Below are positions 25,433-37,722 of a stretch of 64,000 nt of DNA, piece by piece (position 1 is the stretch's first letter; each line of letters begins with the position of its first letter). The notes under the pieces were generated by a model, which ran no database searches, was not told the DNA's origin, and worked only from the letters and a program-made list of their open reading frames with translations. Made by a program: the position numbers and the translations under genes. The DNA is from Squalus acanthias (lineage: Eukaryota): positions 22,570,001 through 22,634,000 of the forward strand of contig CM059432.1 of NCBI GenBank assembly GCA_030390025.1, given 5' to 3'.

Positions 25433-28400
25433 GGCTGCAGCAGCAGGTTTTAAAGTAAACCCCAAGAAGGCACAGAAAGGACAAAGGGAGGTTCAGTTTC
25501 TTGGGTTAACTCTTCAACCAGGAGAGCGCGCTATAGATGATGTGAAGCGTAAAACGGTCCAGGAACTGCCCCGCCCGGGGTCGATAACTGCCCTCCGATC
25601 ATTCCTGGGTCTGACGGGGTACTGTAGAGAATTCTTTGAGAATTATGAGGTAACGGTGGCTCCTCTACTGAGATTGCTTAGAAAAGGAGTAGATTAGGAA
25701 TGGGATGAGCCCTGTGAGGAGGCTTTTGTACAGTTGAAACGGGACCTGCAAATGGCCCCGGCCCTGGGGGCAATAGACCATACAAAGGTTTCTTTCTTGA
25801 GGTAGCAGCAACAGATGCTAGTCTGGGCGCTGTTTTAATGCAGGAAGTAAATGGGCAGCTGAGACCGTTAGCCTATGCCTCCAGAGTAATAACCGAGGTA
25901 GAAAAAGGAAAGAGGCACTTGCTTGCCACGTTTTGGACGGGAAGACATTTTGCCATATTCACGGGAACCCAGCCCATCACACTCCTCACCCATCACATGC
26001 CAACCCATCTCCTGTTAAAAGGCCGAATTAAAGAGGGAACATTGTCAAGCACTCGGGTAGCTGCGTGGACCCTACAGTTAGAAGGAATGGATCTGAGAGT
26101 AAGAGCACTAAGCGAGCCAAAGTTAGCAGCGAACCTTAATCATCAGGGTGGATCTCATACCTGTACAGTAGAGAGGGTGTGGGAGACAGAGGGTGGATTT
26201 AAATCCGCTATCCACCCTGAGGGGAGAGATGTATACGTGGATGGGTCCAGTTTTGTGGAGAAGGGGGAACGTAAAACAGGGTGTGGAATTTATGACCCAA
26301 AAAAAGGGATGGGAGTGGCGATTAAGTTGCCCACCACGCTTAGTGCTCAACAGTAGGAATTGGCAGCCGTAACTTATGTAGTAACGCATCCCACCGAGTT
26401 TCCCCCACCGTATACGATCTGTTCTGACTCCACGTTCACCTGTAATGCCTGTATGGAATATTTGGCGATTTGGGCTAGAAGAGGTTTTACCTCCGCGGAT
26501 TGCAAACTGTTAGTTACCGCACCAATGCTGGCGACTATCGTGGAAGCCATAGGAAAGGGAGGGAAGGACTATTACATGCATAAAGTAAAAGCGCATTCTA
26601 AAACCGAGCCCAGATGGCGGAATGAGGTGTCCCATGGGACCCGTATCAATCTGGAATGGTGGCAACCGTAACCCCGGTAGCCAATACTGTCCCGCTCCCT
26701 CCGGATCTTAAAACGGTACAGTTAGATGATATAGTATTAAAGGCTGTCCTTAGAGAAAAGAGACAGGGCAGACTGTGGAAGGACCCTACGGCGCCAGTGA
26801 TGTGCAGGTTAGGGAAGGCATGTTGTTCAAAGGGACAGTGCCCGAGGGATATCGGTAGGAATTTATGCAACTTGCCCATGGGGGACCAGGGACCGGACAC
26901 CCCGGACCCGAGACGACCTGGAAGCGGGTCGAGGAGGTGGGGTGGTGGCCTCATCTGAGGGAAAATGTAGAGGATTACTGTAAAAACTGTTTAGTGTGTG
27001 CTGCTAACAATCCTGACCCACATAAAAGGAAGGCCCCCCCCCCTCGGACATACCCGTCGACCAGAGGCACCATGGCAGTGTATCCAGATAGATTTTATCG
27101 GACCCTTGCCCACCACTAAGAAAGGCAATAAATACTGTTTAGTTTGGTGGATAATTTCACAAAGTGGGTAGAAGCTTTCCCGTGCAAGTCAGCATTGTGA
27201 ACAGCCAAGACCCTAGTTAGAGAGGTATTCTCCAGATGGGGACTTTCTCGCGTGATAGAGTCAGGCCAGGGCAGTTAATTTTCAGGTCAGTTAATGCAAG
27301 CCACTTTGAAATTGCTTGGAATTGAAGGGAAATGGCATGTGACCCACAACCCACAATCATCGGGGATTGTGGAAAGAATGAACCGTACGTTGAAGTTGGC
27401 CCTACGAAAGGAATTAAACAAACAGCACACTAAGTGAGATGAGGGACTTCCCCTAATCCTTATGGTGATACATAGTAACAGATCCAAAGGAACGGGTCAC
27501 TCCCCTCATGAATTAGTAACGGGGAGACCCATGCGAACCCCCACACACCTGTTGGTCCCCACTCTGACTGATAAACAAATTAAGGAGGTGACTCGGGACA
27601 AGTTCCTGAGCGACCTGTGGGGAACTTTAAAGGAATTGAACTTGAGGGCCGCCCACAACATTGGGAAGATACACCAAATGCAACCGACTACACTTGGCTC
27701 CGAGTAAACTCCAGGAATGGGAAGTAGGGAGCCAGGTAATGGTACGAAACTATGCGAGGATGGGTGTCTTTACAAGGGACCGTGTAGTATTGTTGACAAA
27801 GCTAGTCCTATGGTGTTTGCAGTTCAGTTACCTAAGAAAATTAAGTGGTTTCATATTAACCAAATGAAGCTTTTTCAGCTCAGCAGTGCCAGGAGACAAC
27901 AAGCCACGATCATGAGCATGGTGAGCCGGATTTATCCTCTCCAGTGGGATGATGAAGAAGGAGTGCCTAATGGGACATCCCCACTCAGTGAGGTGCCCTT
28001 ACCTGAAGTGGCGCCTCCACAGGTACAGTATGATCCAAATGAAGGTGGACAGGACACGGGAGCTGTGGAAACCTCCTCGCCCCAGGTCTGGAACCACCTC
28101 CTGACCGCAGATGAGTTCAACAGAACCCTCCTACCACACGGCACCCTTGAAGTATCATCAGTGTAGGGGGTGGTGGTGTGTGTGTCAGCTTCACCTCTGA
28201 CTTCTGAGCGGTTCGAATCGCTCCCACTCCCTTGGTTCTAGACCTTGGACTTATTTGGGGGTTGTGACAAAAGTGCAGCAGACAACTGGTTTGGTGCAAG
28301 AACTTTTGATCTTTATTCAAGAGAGTAAATATAACACAACAATCTTAACACTCTAATAAAATGGGGAACACTTCGGTACATACGAGGGAAATCACATTAG

Positions 28401-29586
28401 AAGAATACCTCACCCCTCCCAATCCCACTTTACTAGCTAAGTTGGGCTGTAGAGGACCAGGGATAATGCTCACCAAACGAATCCTTGACAGTTGAGCTGG
28501 TTCGCGGTTTCGGGGTTCGCTGGATTGGATTTATCGGGTGAGTACCCACTTTTCTTTGGTTAGAGCTAGGGTTTAGAGTCTTTTTAAGTAAAAAGTTTTG
28601 TAAGGCCCTTGTTGCCGCGAGGTGTCCGATGGTCACTGAGGCGGTCGCTCTGGTCTCTTCTTGCATGTCGGCCTACTTCTGGAGCTGTTGGCCTCCTTTG
28701 TTGAACGGTCTTGTTTTCGAGCTGTCGACCTCCTGGCTGGACACGTAACGGCTGAACGGTTGTACTGGAGAGCTGCTTCCTTGCTGCTTGCTGAACTCCT
28801 TGCTGTTTGCTTGTTGAACTTGTTTCTGTTGAACTGTGTACGGTTGTACTCGAGAACTCCTTTCTGTTGTAACTGTGTAACTGCTCCACCCTTGAACTTG
28901 TAGAGAACTTGTTGTAACTGCTGAACTGACTTCTTGAGAAAACAGGCCCTCAATTATACTAATTGGGGCCTCCCAATCAGTCCCGGTTTATTGTAAGATT
29001 TTGGCGGGCTCGTTAACAGTAACTTGTTTGTTAATGTGTGAAGTGGTTTCAGGATGGCTCCATCCTGTCGATCTGCTTGCTTGATTGTAGCTGATTGTTC
29101 TCACGTTGTGAGTTTCTTGACTGGGCCTGGGATTTCTAAAGAGTGGGTCAAAGTGATCTGCTTTATGCATGATTTGATGGGTCCTGTAATTTGGGTGGGG
29201 ACTGCTCTTCCTCAGGTCTATTGTTAGGATGTTAATGTCTGATAGGGGCCGATTTAACTCCAAGTGAGGTCATGCGGTTCCCCAGACAGTTTGATTAACT
29301 CCAATATCCAAACTGTCTTTTACAGAGGTTGAACCCAACTCCCTTTGCAGCCTTTTCTCCTTTACAAGTCCAGACAAGTCTTTCGAAATACCAAATCTTG
29401 TTTTTTTTGCTCTAAATGTCCTTCGGTTAGGCCCAATGCATTTCATCACCCTGAAGTAGTTAGAAAAGAGTCCAAAGCCCTTCTCCTTAGGGTATGTCTC
29501 TGAGTTTTGGGGGATCTGTGAATTTTGAAAATCTTACATCAGTGGTAGGAGTGAGAAAATTGCCCAAAGCAGGAAAAGAAAAGTAG
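25433..29586 (+). pseudogene. pol: Retrovirus-like pol: RT C-terminus/thumb, tether (degenerate RNase H), RNase H, integrase; interrupted by a solo LTR
   Basis: GFKVNPKKAQ...VQFLG, LRSFLGLTGYCR, RPLAYASR. Second RNase H: YVDGSS...SAQQ*EL...ICSDS...KVKAH. Integrase: HHCC (AHGGPGTGH...CKNCLVC), IQIDFIGPLP, PQSSGIVERMNRTLK. Several stops and frameshifts. The RT catalytic core and gag are missing. Confidence 0.9.
28162..29538 (-). mobile_element. Solo LTR (1377 bp) inserted near the end of pol
   Basis: TGTAGG...CTTACA termini with 4-bp TSD TCAG (28158-28161, 29539-29542). Removing it restores the pol frame ...EVSSVVGVRKLPKAGKEK*. Strand inferred from a minus-strand AATAAA near 28312. Confidence 0.85.
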
Positions 29587-29720
29587 GAAGCCCCGTTTTG
29601 TTTCGTTAAAGAAAAACATCAGTAATGAGAGCCTGAACTAATGGGGTGGACATAGGGTGCAAGGGCGGGAGTAACACTCTGTTTTTGTCCCTTATCCCCA
29701 CAGGCAAGAAGATATATAAA

Positions 29721-31880
29721 ATGAAGGAATTATTCTGGCCAATGATCGGGATTCTGCTCTATCTTGAAGATTCCACAACAGCCTATTTGGCATACTGGAC
29801 CACCACTAACTATTTTCCCTACAACAGTTCGATTGTAGTTGCCCTGGAGACACTACCCCTGGGACGCCACTCGAAACATTACCCTCCAGTACATCAAGGG
29901 TGATGGCGAAACCGCGTGTTCAGGAACAGTGTGGGTTACCACGTATGAGGTCCAGGAAGGTAGGGGGTGTATGCATAAAATGCAAAGATCGCCCCACCGG
30001 GGCCACGGGTGCGGTTCTTTCAAGCAGAACCAGGTGACCATTCAAGGTACTATCAAATAGGGAACCCTCGAGGGAATGTAGGAAGCCCGGCCCAATCCCG
30101 AGCAGCGGAAGACACTCTATTGTGTTGGCCCCGATGGTGGAAAAATCATGAGGGAATTTACGGATGTGTATAACCCAAGTGGGGTAACAGATGGGTTCCA
30201 CGGATGAGACCAGTTGTACGATGTTATCCCATGATAGAGCTAAGGAACTCTATCAATGGAATAACAACGATACCGGTATTAGCACCTATCACGTAAGGGG
30301 TTGTGGTGATGGAAGTACGGTTATACATGCAGTAGAATTAAAAGTTCGACCGAAAATTCCCCTCCCTATGAATAAAACACAATCACGGAAGGACAACATA
30401 CAACCCAGGTAACTTGCCCTAAACACACTCCAGGACCATCAAATGGGTTAGTGGTAATCCCAACTTGGATGATATTGTACATGATGTGCATCACGAGGTG
30501 GTGCCTGTAATATTGAATCTGACCGAGGTGGGACTACCGAACTGGTGCAAGCCAGAGACAGCGCGGTTATATGGGAGGATGATGCAGGAATTAATCGAGG
30601 GATTTTGGGAGAGGGCCAGCACAACACTGGCGGAATCGGAATTAGAGCTGTTATATCGCAAGGGCACTAAGGAGGGTAATGGATTTAACGATACCTTTGG
30701 GAAAAATAGTACCGAGATCATTGAAGAAAACAATGTTGGTTATGGGATTAAAGAGAACTATATCAGAAGGCGACGGGGTCTGATAAATGATGCTGCGACT
30801 ATTTTTAACACTGGAACCTCCCTCGTTAATAGCTTAGATTTGGTCAGCCTGGATCAATCTGTAAAGGCAGTTAGAAATCATCTAAGGGAAATTTTGAATA
30901 AAATAAATAGTCTGGAACAAGAGGAATTGAAGGTGAACCAAATTATGACCATTCATCTGCAGGAAGTGGTTAAATATTTATAATCCCATGCTAAAAAGAT
31001 AAATCAAATTTTAATGGAGGATCGGAATGCCTCTAGTGAGGTCACGCGAAATGATGTGTGTGTAATGTATGGATCTTGGTTAGTGGAACAAGCTCGAGAA
31101 AACCTGTGGCGCATTGCTGAGGGGAAGCTTCCCTCGGTGGTGACTGATCACACCTGAGGGCAATGTCCACTTACCAATTTATCATGAATATGTGTAAAGT
31201 CAGGGGGTTGGTACAGGTGTACCCGGTGAAACATGAATGCCATTTGCAGGAACAGAACAACATCACTCTGTTAGGGATGGTATTGTATTATCCCATTTTG
31301 CCCAAAAGGGCGACCCCAAATCCTCTATTCCGCATGGAGAATATAGGAGTACATCAGGGAGACCACTTAATAAGGTATGACAAACCCCTGAAGTATGTGA
31401 CCCGGGTGGATGGGACCACATGGGTGACCCCAGATCTTCTGGGTGTGCTCAAGCTCGGGACGCATTTATCTGCCCTTATGATGTGGTAGAACACGCAGCC
31501 CCTGCGTGCAGGTTTGATTGGGATGGGATAGAATGGAACTGCACCATGAAAGTGATTGCGGGGCAGCATTTCCCCGTAAGGTCTGCGTATCGAGAGAAGA
31601 GTGAATATTGTGTCACCACAATGCACCGGGAGTACCAGTACGGTAACGACCTGACTTGTCCTATTGCGGCGGGAACTTTTTGTTTTACCCCAGTCCAACC
31701 TGTGAGACGTGGGGCGCAGGTTTTATTAAACATTTATTTGCACAGGCAAGTAGATATCGTCGTAGAAGATGAGTTAAAGGAACACTTACACCAGTACATG
31801 ACTCAATTCAGCTATGACATTCCACCTCTGCCAGAACACTTGGTAGAGTTAATGAGACACGTTAGTCAGTCCCAAAAGCC
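29721..31880 (+). pseudogene. env: env-like fusion glycoprotein gene (F-protein-like), disrupted and 3'-truncated
   Basis: Directly downstream of pol. Furin site RRRR (30765-30776), then GLINDAATIFNTGTSLVNSLDL, heptad-like helices and a Cys-rich domain (PDLLGC...FICPYD...CRF...NCTM...YCVTT...TCP...FCF). N-glycosylation sequons (NSS, NLT, NDT, NIT). Confidence 0.8.
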
Positions 31881-31899
31881 CAGAAAAATCGTGACTTAT

Positions 31900-32345
31900 T
31901 TCTGTTTTTCCCTGATGTCACCTTAGTCCCTGATGCCTTATTACCTTTGTTACTCTCTCTGTCCCTTCCTGACCCACTCTGCTTATTTTTACCCAAAACT
32001 CTACTCTGCTCTTGAGTCTTGACATTTCTCTCACTGCTTTTAAATTTACTCTTTCCTGAATCCTCCCATGCCCCCCCCCCCCTTCATTAGTTTAAAGCCC
32101 TGTCTCCTGCCCTAGTTATTCAGTTTGCCAGGACACTGGTCCATCCCGGTTTAAGTGGAGCCCGTCCCAATGGAACATTTCCCTCTTTCCCCAGTACTGG
32201 TGTCATTGCCCCATGAACTGAAACCCCTTCCTCCCACACCACTCTTTGAGCCACGCATTTAAACCTCTAATCTGTTTGTCCCTATGCCAATTTGTGCGTG
32301 GCTCAGGTAACAATCCAGAGATTATTGCCTTTGAGGTTCTGCTTT
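31900..32345 (-). mobile_element. CR1 fragment (ORF1 esterase end and ORF1/ORF2 junction) that truncates env
   Basis: The minus strand reads ...LNAWLKEWCGRKGFQFMGQ*HQYWGKREMFHWDGLHLNRDGT..., homologous to the ORF1 end at 49130-49303. Confidence 0.75.
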
Positions 32346-33035
32346 TTCAATGAGCTGGCACAGACACGGTGGGCTGAATGGCCTCCTTCTGTGCTGTATC
32401 ATTCCATGATTCGATAGAACAAGAAGTAGAATTCTTACCTGGTATAAGACCTTGGTTCAGCTACATCCATAATACTGTGCCCAGCTTTGTTTCCTCCACA
32501 TGGCAGTAGATATCTAGGTCCTGGAAAAGGTCCAGAGGAGGGCACTCGATCGATACCTAATTTAAGGCTCGTTTAGTTATCAGGACAGGCTTATGGAAAT
32601 GGGACTTTTTACTCTGGAAAAGCATAACCTTCAAAGGAATACAATTAAGGTCTTTAAAGTAATGAAGGGATTAGAATCTATCCAAGTGGATAGATTAGTT
32701 GAGCGAGTTAGATGAGTTAGATTAGATCCGGGTAGTATTTCATTGACCTTTGAAATAGATTACTAGTGGTGGGTTTGGATTCACTGTAAGCCTTTGAAAG
32801 GAAGCTAGACAAGTTGCTGTGAGTGGAAAACTCTCAAGTTATAGAAGGTAGAAGGGTTAACTGGGACTAGTGATATCAGTCATTGTGGTCTCCTGAAACT
32901 TGCTTGATTGCCGTTAGGGGTCAGAGAACAATTTCCCAGAGCCTTTTCCTAAAGGGGATTAAGATTTTTTTCTTTCTCTGTATATTTTTTGCTTTTCCCA
33001 GGTGATTGCATAACTGAGTTGGGGAGCTGGTTAAT

Positions 33036-33538
33036 AAACATAGAAACATAGAAGATAGGAGCAGAGTAGGCCATTCTGCCCCTCGAGCCTGCTCCGCCAT
33101 TTAATGAGATCATGGCTGATCATCCAAGTTCAGTACCCTGTCCCTGCTTTCTCCCCATATCCCTTGATCCCTTTAGCCTTAAGAAATATATCTAACTCCT
33201 TCTTGAATATATTTAATGAATTGGCCTCAACTGCCTTGTGTGGTAGAGAATTCCACAGGTTCACCACTCTCTGGGTGAAGAAATTCCTCCTCATCTCAGT
33301 CCTAAATGGCTTACCCCTTATCCTTAGACTGTGACCCCTGGTTCTGGACTCCCCCGCCATCGGGAACATCCTTCCTGCATCTAGTCTGTCAAGTCCTGTT
33401 AGAATTTTATAAGTTTCAATGAGATCCCCTCTCATTCTTCTAAGCTCTAGCGAATACAAGCCCAATCGTCCCAATCTCTCTTCATACGTCATTCCTGCCA
33501 TCCCAGGTATCAGTCTGGTGAATCTTCGCTGCACTCCC
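33036..33538 (-). mobile_element. CR1 LINE 3' fragment
   Basis: ORF 33130-33534 [11 protein letters not shown]...; (TTTCTATG)n tail; flanking TTAAT repeats. Confidence 0.92.
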
Positions 33539-35495
33539 TTAATGGTACACGTAGGTTGGACCTTGTTGGGTTGAGGTAGGCTTGATGGACAAGTTGGTCT
33601 TTTCCTGATCTTCTTGTATGTTTGTGCATTTGTATGTAAATAAGTTATGTCTGTTAAATTAATTTTGTTTTATTGAAAGGGGCGCAGAAGCTGCTTTGAT
33701 ACTCACTGTTATGTTAAAGATGAAATAGTGAAATGGTATAAACGGAATAAGTAATGGCAGAATGACTGTAGCCAAACAGTTATGGCGAGTTGATGGAAAA
33801 GAAAGCATGATGGTGAGGCCTTGTGGTATCTGGCCAAACTGAATATGATGACTGATTGATTATGTCTTCTTGCTGTTGACCCTGTGGCCATCTTGAATGT
33901 TAAGACTAAAGACCCAAATTAGTGAAACTCCTTTCTTAGAACACAGTCTACTTAACAGAAGCGCAATCATAGAATTGAATATGAAGGTAAATGTGCCTGA
34001 TACACGGCGCATCTAGCTATTAAAATAAATAATAAGCACAGTATGTTGGGCCTGCTGGCTTCCATGCCCAATTCTCCAATTTTCACTCTTGTCGAGCAAC
34101 ACTCCACATAAAGAGCAGAATCTTGCAGTTTCAGGATGCCATTCATATGTAAGGAGGCTGATACCAAAAGTTTTTATTTAAATTCACTATATTTGGGGCT
34201 CCAGGCTGCTTCTCTGATCTGGACTATCTCCCACCACCAGTGGGACGAACGTCTGGAAACTGTACGCCTCATCTCATTAGGCGTACTGGCCTCCAGATTT
34301 ATGTCGGATCCCCAGTCCCGGCCTTGGCCCTGCCTTCTCTGAGTCTGTGGCTCCGCCCCTTACAAAGCCAAGTGGAAATTCCCAGATCAGGCCAGGACTC
34401 GGCGTATCTGGATCTGGCTGATTACCCTGCCTCGTTTGGTGGGAGTACAGCAAAGCTGCCAAGTACGTTCCGCCCTGTTGTCATTTTGCACATTTTAGAC
34501 TGCCACTGCCACCCCTAGCCGATCCGATGGGGTAGGTTACATGGATGGCCTATGTGCTTCCCACATTGTTTCCATTTACTTCAATGGGAGCTGACCCTTC
34601 AAAGTGTCCTGAAGGCTGATGTAGAACCAGCCAAACTGAGATTATAGGTGATTTGTTTAAACAGAAAGGGGGAAAAAAAAATGCCATTTATTTCCTCTCA
34701 TTATTTTGTAAGACAAATACTCGAATTATTATGCTAATTGTCTTAATGTTCCACACTGAATCATATGATAATCAATAACCTTACAAATCCAAGGCAGCAG
34801 TATACGGATTAATGTGAAATCCTCTCATGAAGACAGATAAAATGACTTGGCTAGGCAAACACACTCTTAGGCAGATTCATAAGATAGAGACAGCTTGTCC
34901 AACTATGAAATCACACTTGAACCGTAACAGCCGAGTTATGGCTGAAATCAGTCTTAAACCTGGGGCATCCAGTCTATGCCGTATATTTCATCTAACCTTA
35001 AGAGCGATAGATTCACTGAATGTCGTGAAAGTACATTAGTCTGAAAGGGGCCTGGCATTTTGCTGGTAACCCGCTAGGGCAGGTCCAGTTCATGTACTCA
35101 TACATGTCAAACTAGAAAACTAGCAAAAGCTAACCAATTGCTTCAACAAGGCTGACACAGATCAAAAAAATCTGACAGGACAAAAATAGCCTGGACTGAC
35201 TATATGACAGGTGTATTTTTGGGACAACTCTAATGCTGCTTTCCCAGCGAAATGTTTTTTTTTTCTGTAATAATTGCAAACATTTTAAATTTCAGAATAT
35301 ATTTGTTATAGGGACTTCAATAAAATTTTACAGGGGTCAGTTCACGAGGAATCTAACCCCAGGCACATCATGTGAATTTGCTAACTGAAACTTTTCACGG
35401 TGCGCACCTACAATAATCCCAATGTACATTCTACATTGACAATCCAAAACTGCCTCATTATTGCATCTGTCCCTGTCTTGGGCCCTATAGCACAC

Positions 35496-36078
35496 TTCTT
35501 CTTCTCCTTCTCTTCTTAGACAGTCCCTCGGAACCGAGGATGACTTGCTTCCACATTAAAAATGAGTTCTCAGGTGACTGACGAGTCCATTGCGGGACCT
35601 ACAGTCTCTGTCACAGGTGGGGCAGACGGTGGTTGAAGGGGCGGGTGGGTGGGGTGCTTGTGTTGACGTGCGCTCCTTGCGCTGCTTGCGCTTGGCTTCC
35701 GCTTGCTCCCGGCGAAGAGACTCGAGGTGTTCGGCGCCTTCCCGGATGCTTCTCCTACACTGTGTCGGTGGGGATGTTGCACTTTTTCAAGGAGGCTTTG
35801 AGGGTGTCCTCTGCCACCTGGGGCTCTCTTGCCGTGTCGGAGCTCCGAGTAGAGCGCTTGTTTTGGGAGTCTTGTATTGGGCATGTGGACGATGTGACCC
35901 GTCCATCGGAGCTGATCGAGCGTGGTCAAAGCCTCGATGCTGGGGATGTTGGCTTGAGCGAGAACACTGACGTTGGTGCGCCTATCCTGCCAATGGATTT
36001 GCAGGATTTTGTGGAGGCAGCGTTGGTGGTACCTCTCCAGTGCATTGAGGTACCTGCAGTACATGGTCCATGCTGTAC
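35496..36078 (-). mobile_element. RTE LINE 3' fragment
   Basis: LERYHQRCLHKILQIHWQD...QLRWTGHIVHMPNTRLPKQALYSEL. AAG-rich tail. TSD ATAGCACAC (35487-35495, 36079-36087). Confidence 0.92.
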
Positions 36079-37266
36079 ATAGCACACAGGCAGATGGCGA
36101 AAACCTGGATTGAGGGTGTGGCTGATTTAACCATTTTAAATAAACGTTTTAAATTTTTAAATAGCTGTCTAAAATCCAATAATATTAACAGATGAAAAGT
36201 TTAGAATGGTGCACCCCTGATTTCCTTTTATATATATGGTTGGCGGGCAATGTCCCGCGCCAGGAGAACACATTAGGAAAATCAACCTTTTTGTGCGAGC
36301 TCTGATGAAGGGTTACACCCAAGTATTAACCTGTCTATTTCACTTATAGATGCTGACCAACATGCTGCGCATTTCTATTTTAAAACCTTGAAATGCTTGA
36401 AACCAGAAGTTACTGTTAATGATAATAGCAGACAAATATAACAGGCTTTTAACAATAAGCTGTCAGCCTTGGCTCAGTGGTAGCAGCCTTGCCTTTGAGT
36501 CTGAGAGATGTTAAAGGCACCATATCAATGCAAGTTGTTGTTGTTGGTAAGATGAATTTTAAATAGGAAAGGAAGGCATGTACATTTATATAGTGCCTTT
36601 CACAACCTCAGCATGTCCCAAAGCACTTTACAGCCAATGAAGTACTTTTGAAGTGTAGTTACCATTGTAATGTAGGGAAATACGCTTACTCTTCATCTCA
36701 AAAGATGGAGCTGTAACCAGTTTAGAAGAAAATAAATGTCATTTAAGACAAGAACTTGGCGCACCCCAGGCTCCTCCTTTGATTTAGCAGCTTATTTCTT
36801 TGGGGAGAAATACTAAATGACCACACATATAGATGCAAAATTATCAGCTCATCTTAAAACATTTCCCTGCCTTAACCAATAGTGGAAGAACATAACATCT
36901 AATCTGATTGGTTCTAAAAGGCTCCATTCCTACTGTCCAATTGGTTTTGATAACTCTAGTCCCACCTTCTAACTCATCTGATTAATATTGATGACCTCCA
37001 ATCCCAGTGAAGAAAGCTGATTTATTTTTTGTGACACACTAGCAAGCTGACACGAGTTGAAATTTTGACTGTCAGTTTGATCACAGTTGACATATGTGCA
37101 TAATTACACTGTGACATTCTGGTACATATTGGATAGTGAGGCTTCTGCTTGTTGGAATAGAGCTAGCAGGCTTCTGCCATCTTCTTTGTAGGTCTTGCTT
37201 ATAGTACCTGGTATCAATGCTGCAGTGTATTTTATTTGTTTTTACACATTCTCTCCCCATTATAGT

Positions 37267-37722
37267 GTCAGCTGGCTCAGTTGTTAGTCCACTCGCCTCT
37301 GAGTCAGAAGGTTGTGGGTTCAAGTCCCACTCCAGGAACTTGAGCACATGAAGCTCGGCTGACACTCCAGTGCAGTGCTGAGGAAGTGCTGCACTGTCGG
37401 AGGTGCCGTCTTTCGGAGGAGACGTTAAACCGAGGCCCCGTCTGCCCTCTCAGGTGGGCATATAAGATTCCATGGCACTATTTAGAATAAGAGTAGGGGA
37501 GTTATCCCCGGTGTCCTGGCCAATATTTATAGCTCAACCAACATAACAAAAACAGATTATCTGGTCATTATCTGTTTGTGGGAGCTTGCTGTGTGTAAAT
37601 TGGCTGCCACGTTTCCCACATTACAACAGTGACTCCACTTCAAAAGTACTTTGTTGACTGTAAAGCGCTTTGAGATGTCCAGTGGTCGTGAAAGGCGCTA
37701 TATAAATGCAAGTCTTTCTTTT
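37267..37722 (+). mobile_element. Full-length DeuSINE (SacSINE1/AmnSINE1-like)
   Basis: tRNA head TGGCTCAGTTG...GGTTCAAGTCCC. Deu-like core [44 protein letters not shown]2-type tail GCGCTATATAAATGCAAG. Confidence 0.85.

Noticed and set aside
28584..29263. Minus-strand ORFs as retroviral accessory genes
   Set aside because: They lie inside a TSD-flanked solo LTR with low-complexity sequence.
33967..34167. Ig/TCR V-like peptide SASLHMNGILKLQDSALYVECC
   Set aside because: No YxC spacing, no upstream conserved Cys or Trp and no recombination signal heptamer; probably chance.
37267..37335. tRNA gene
   Set aside because: tRNA-like head of a SINE that continues into the Deu core; the same holds for heads near 23317, 36463 and 55008.
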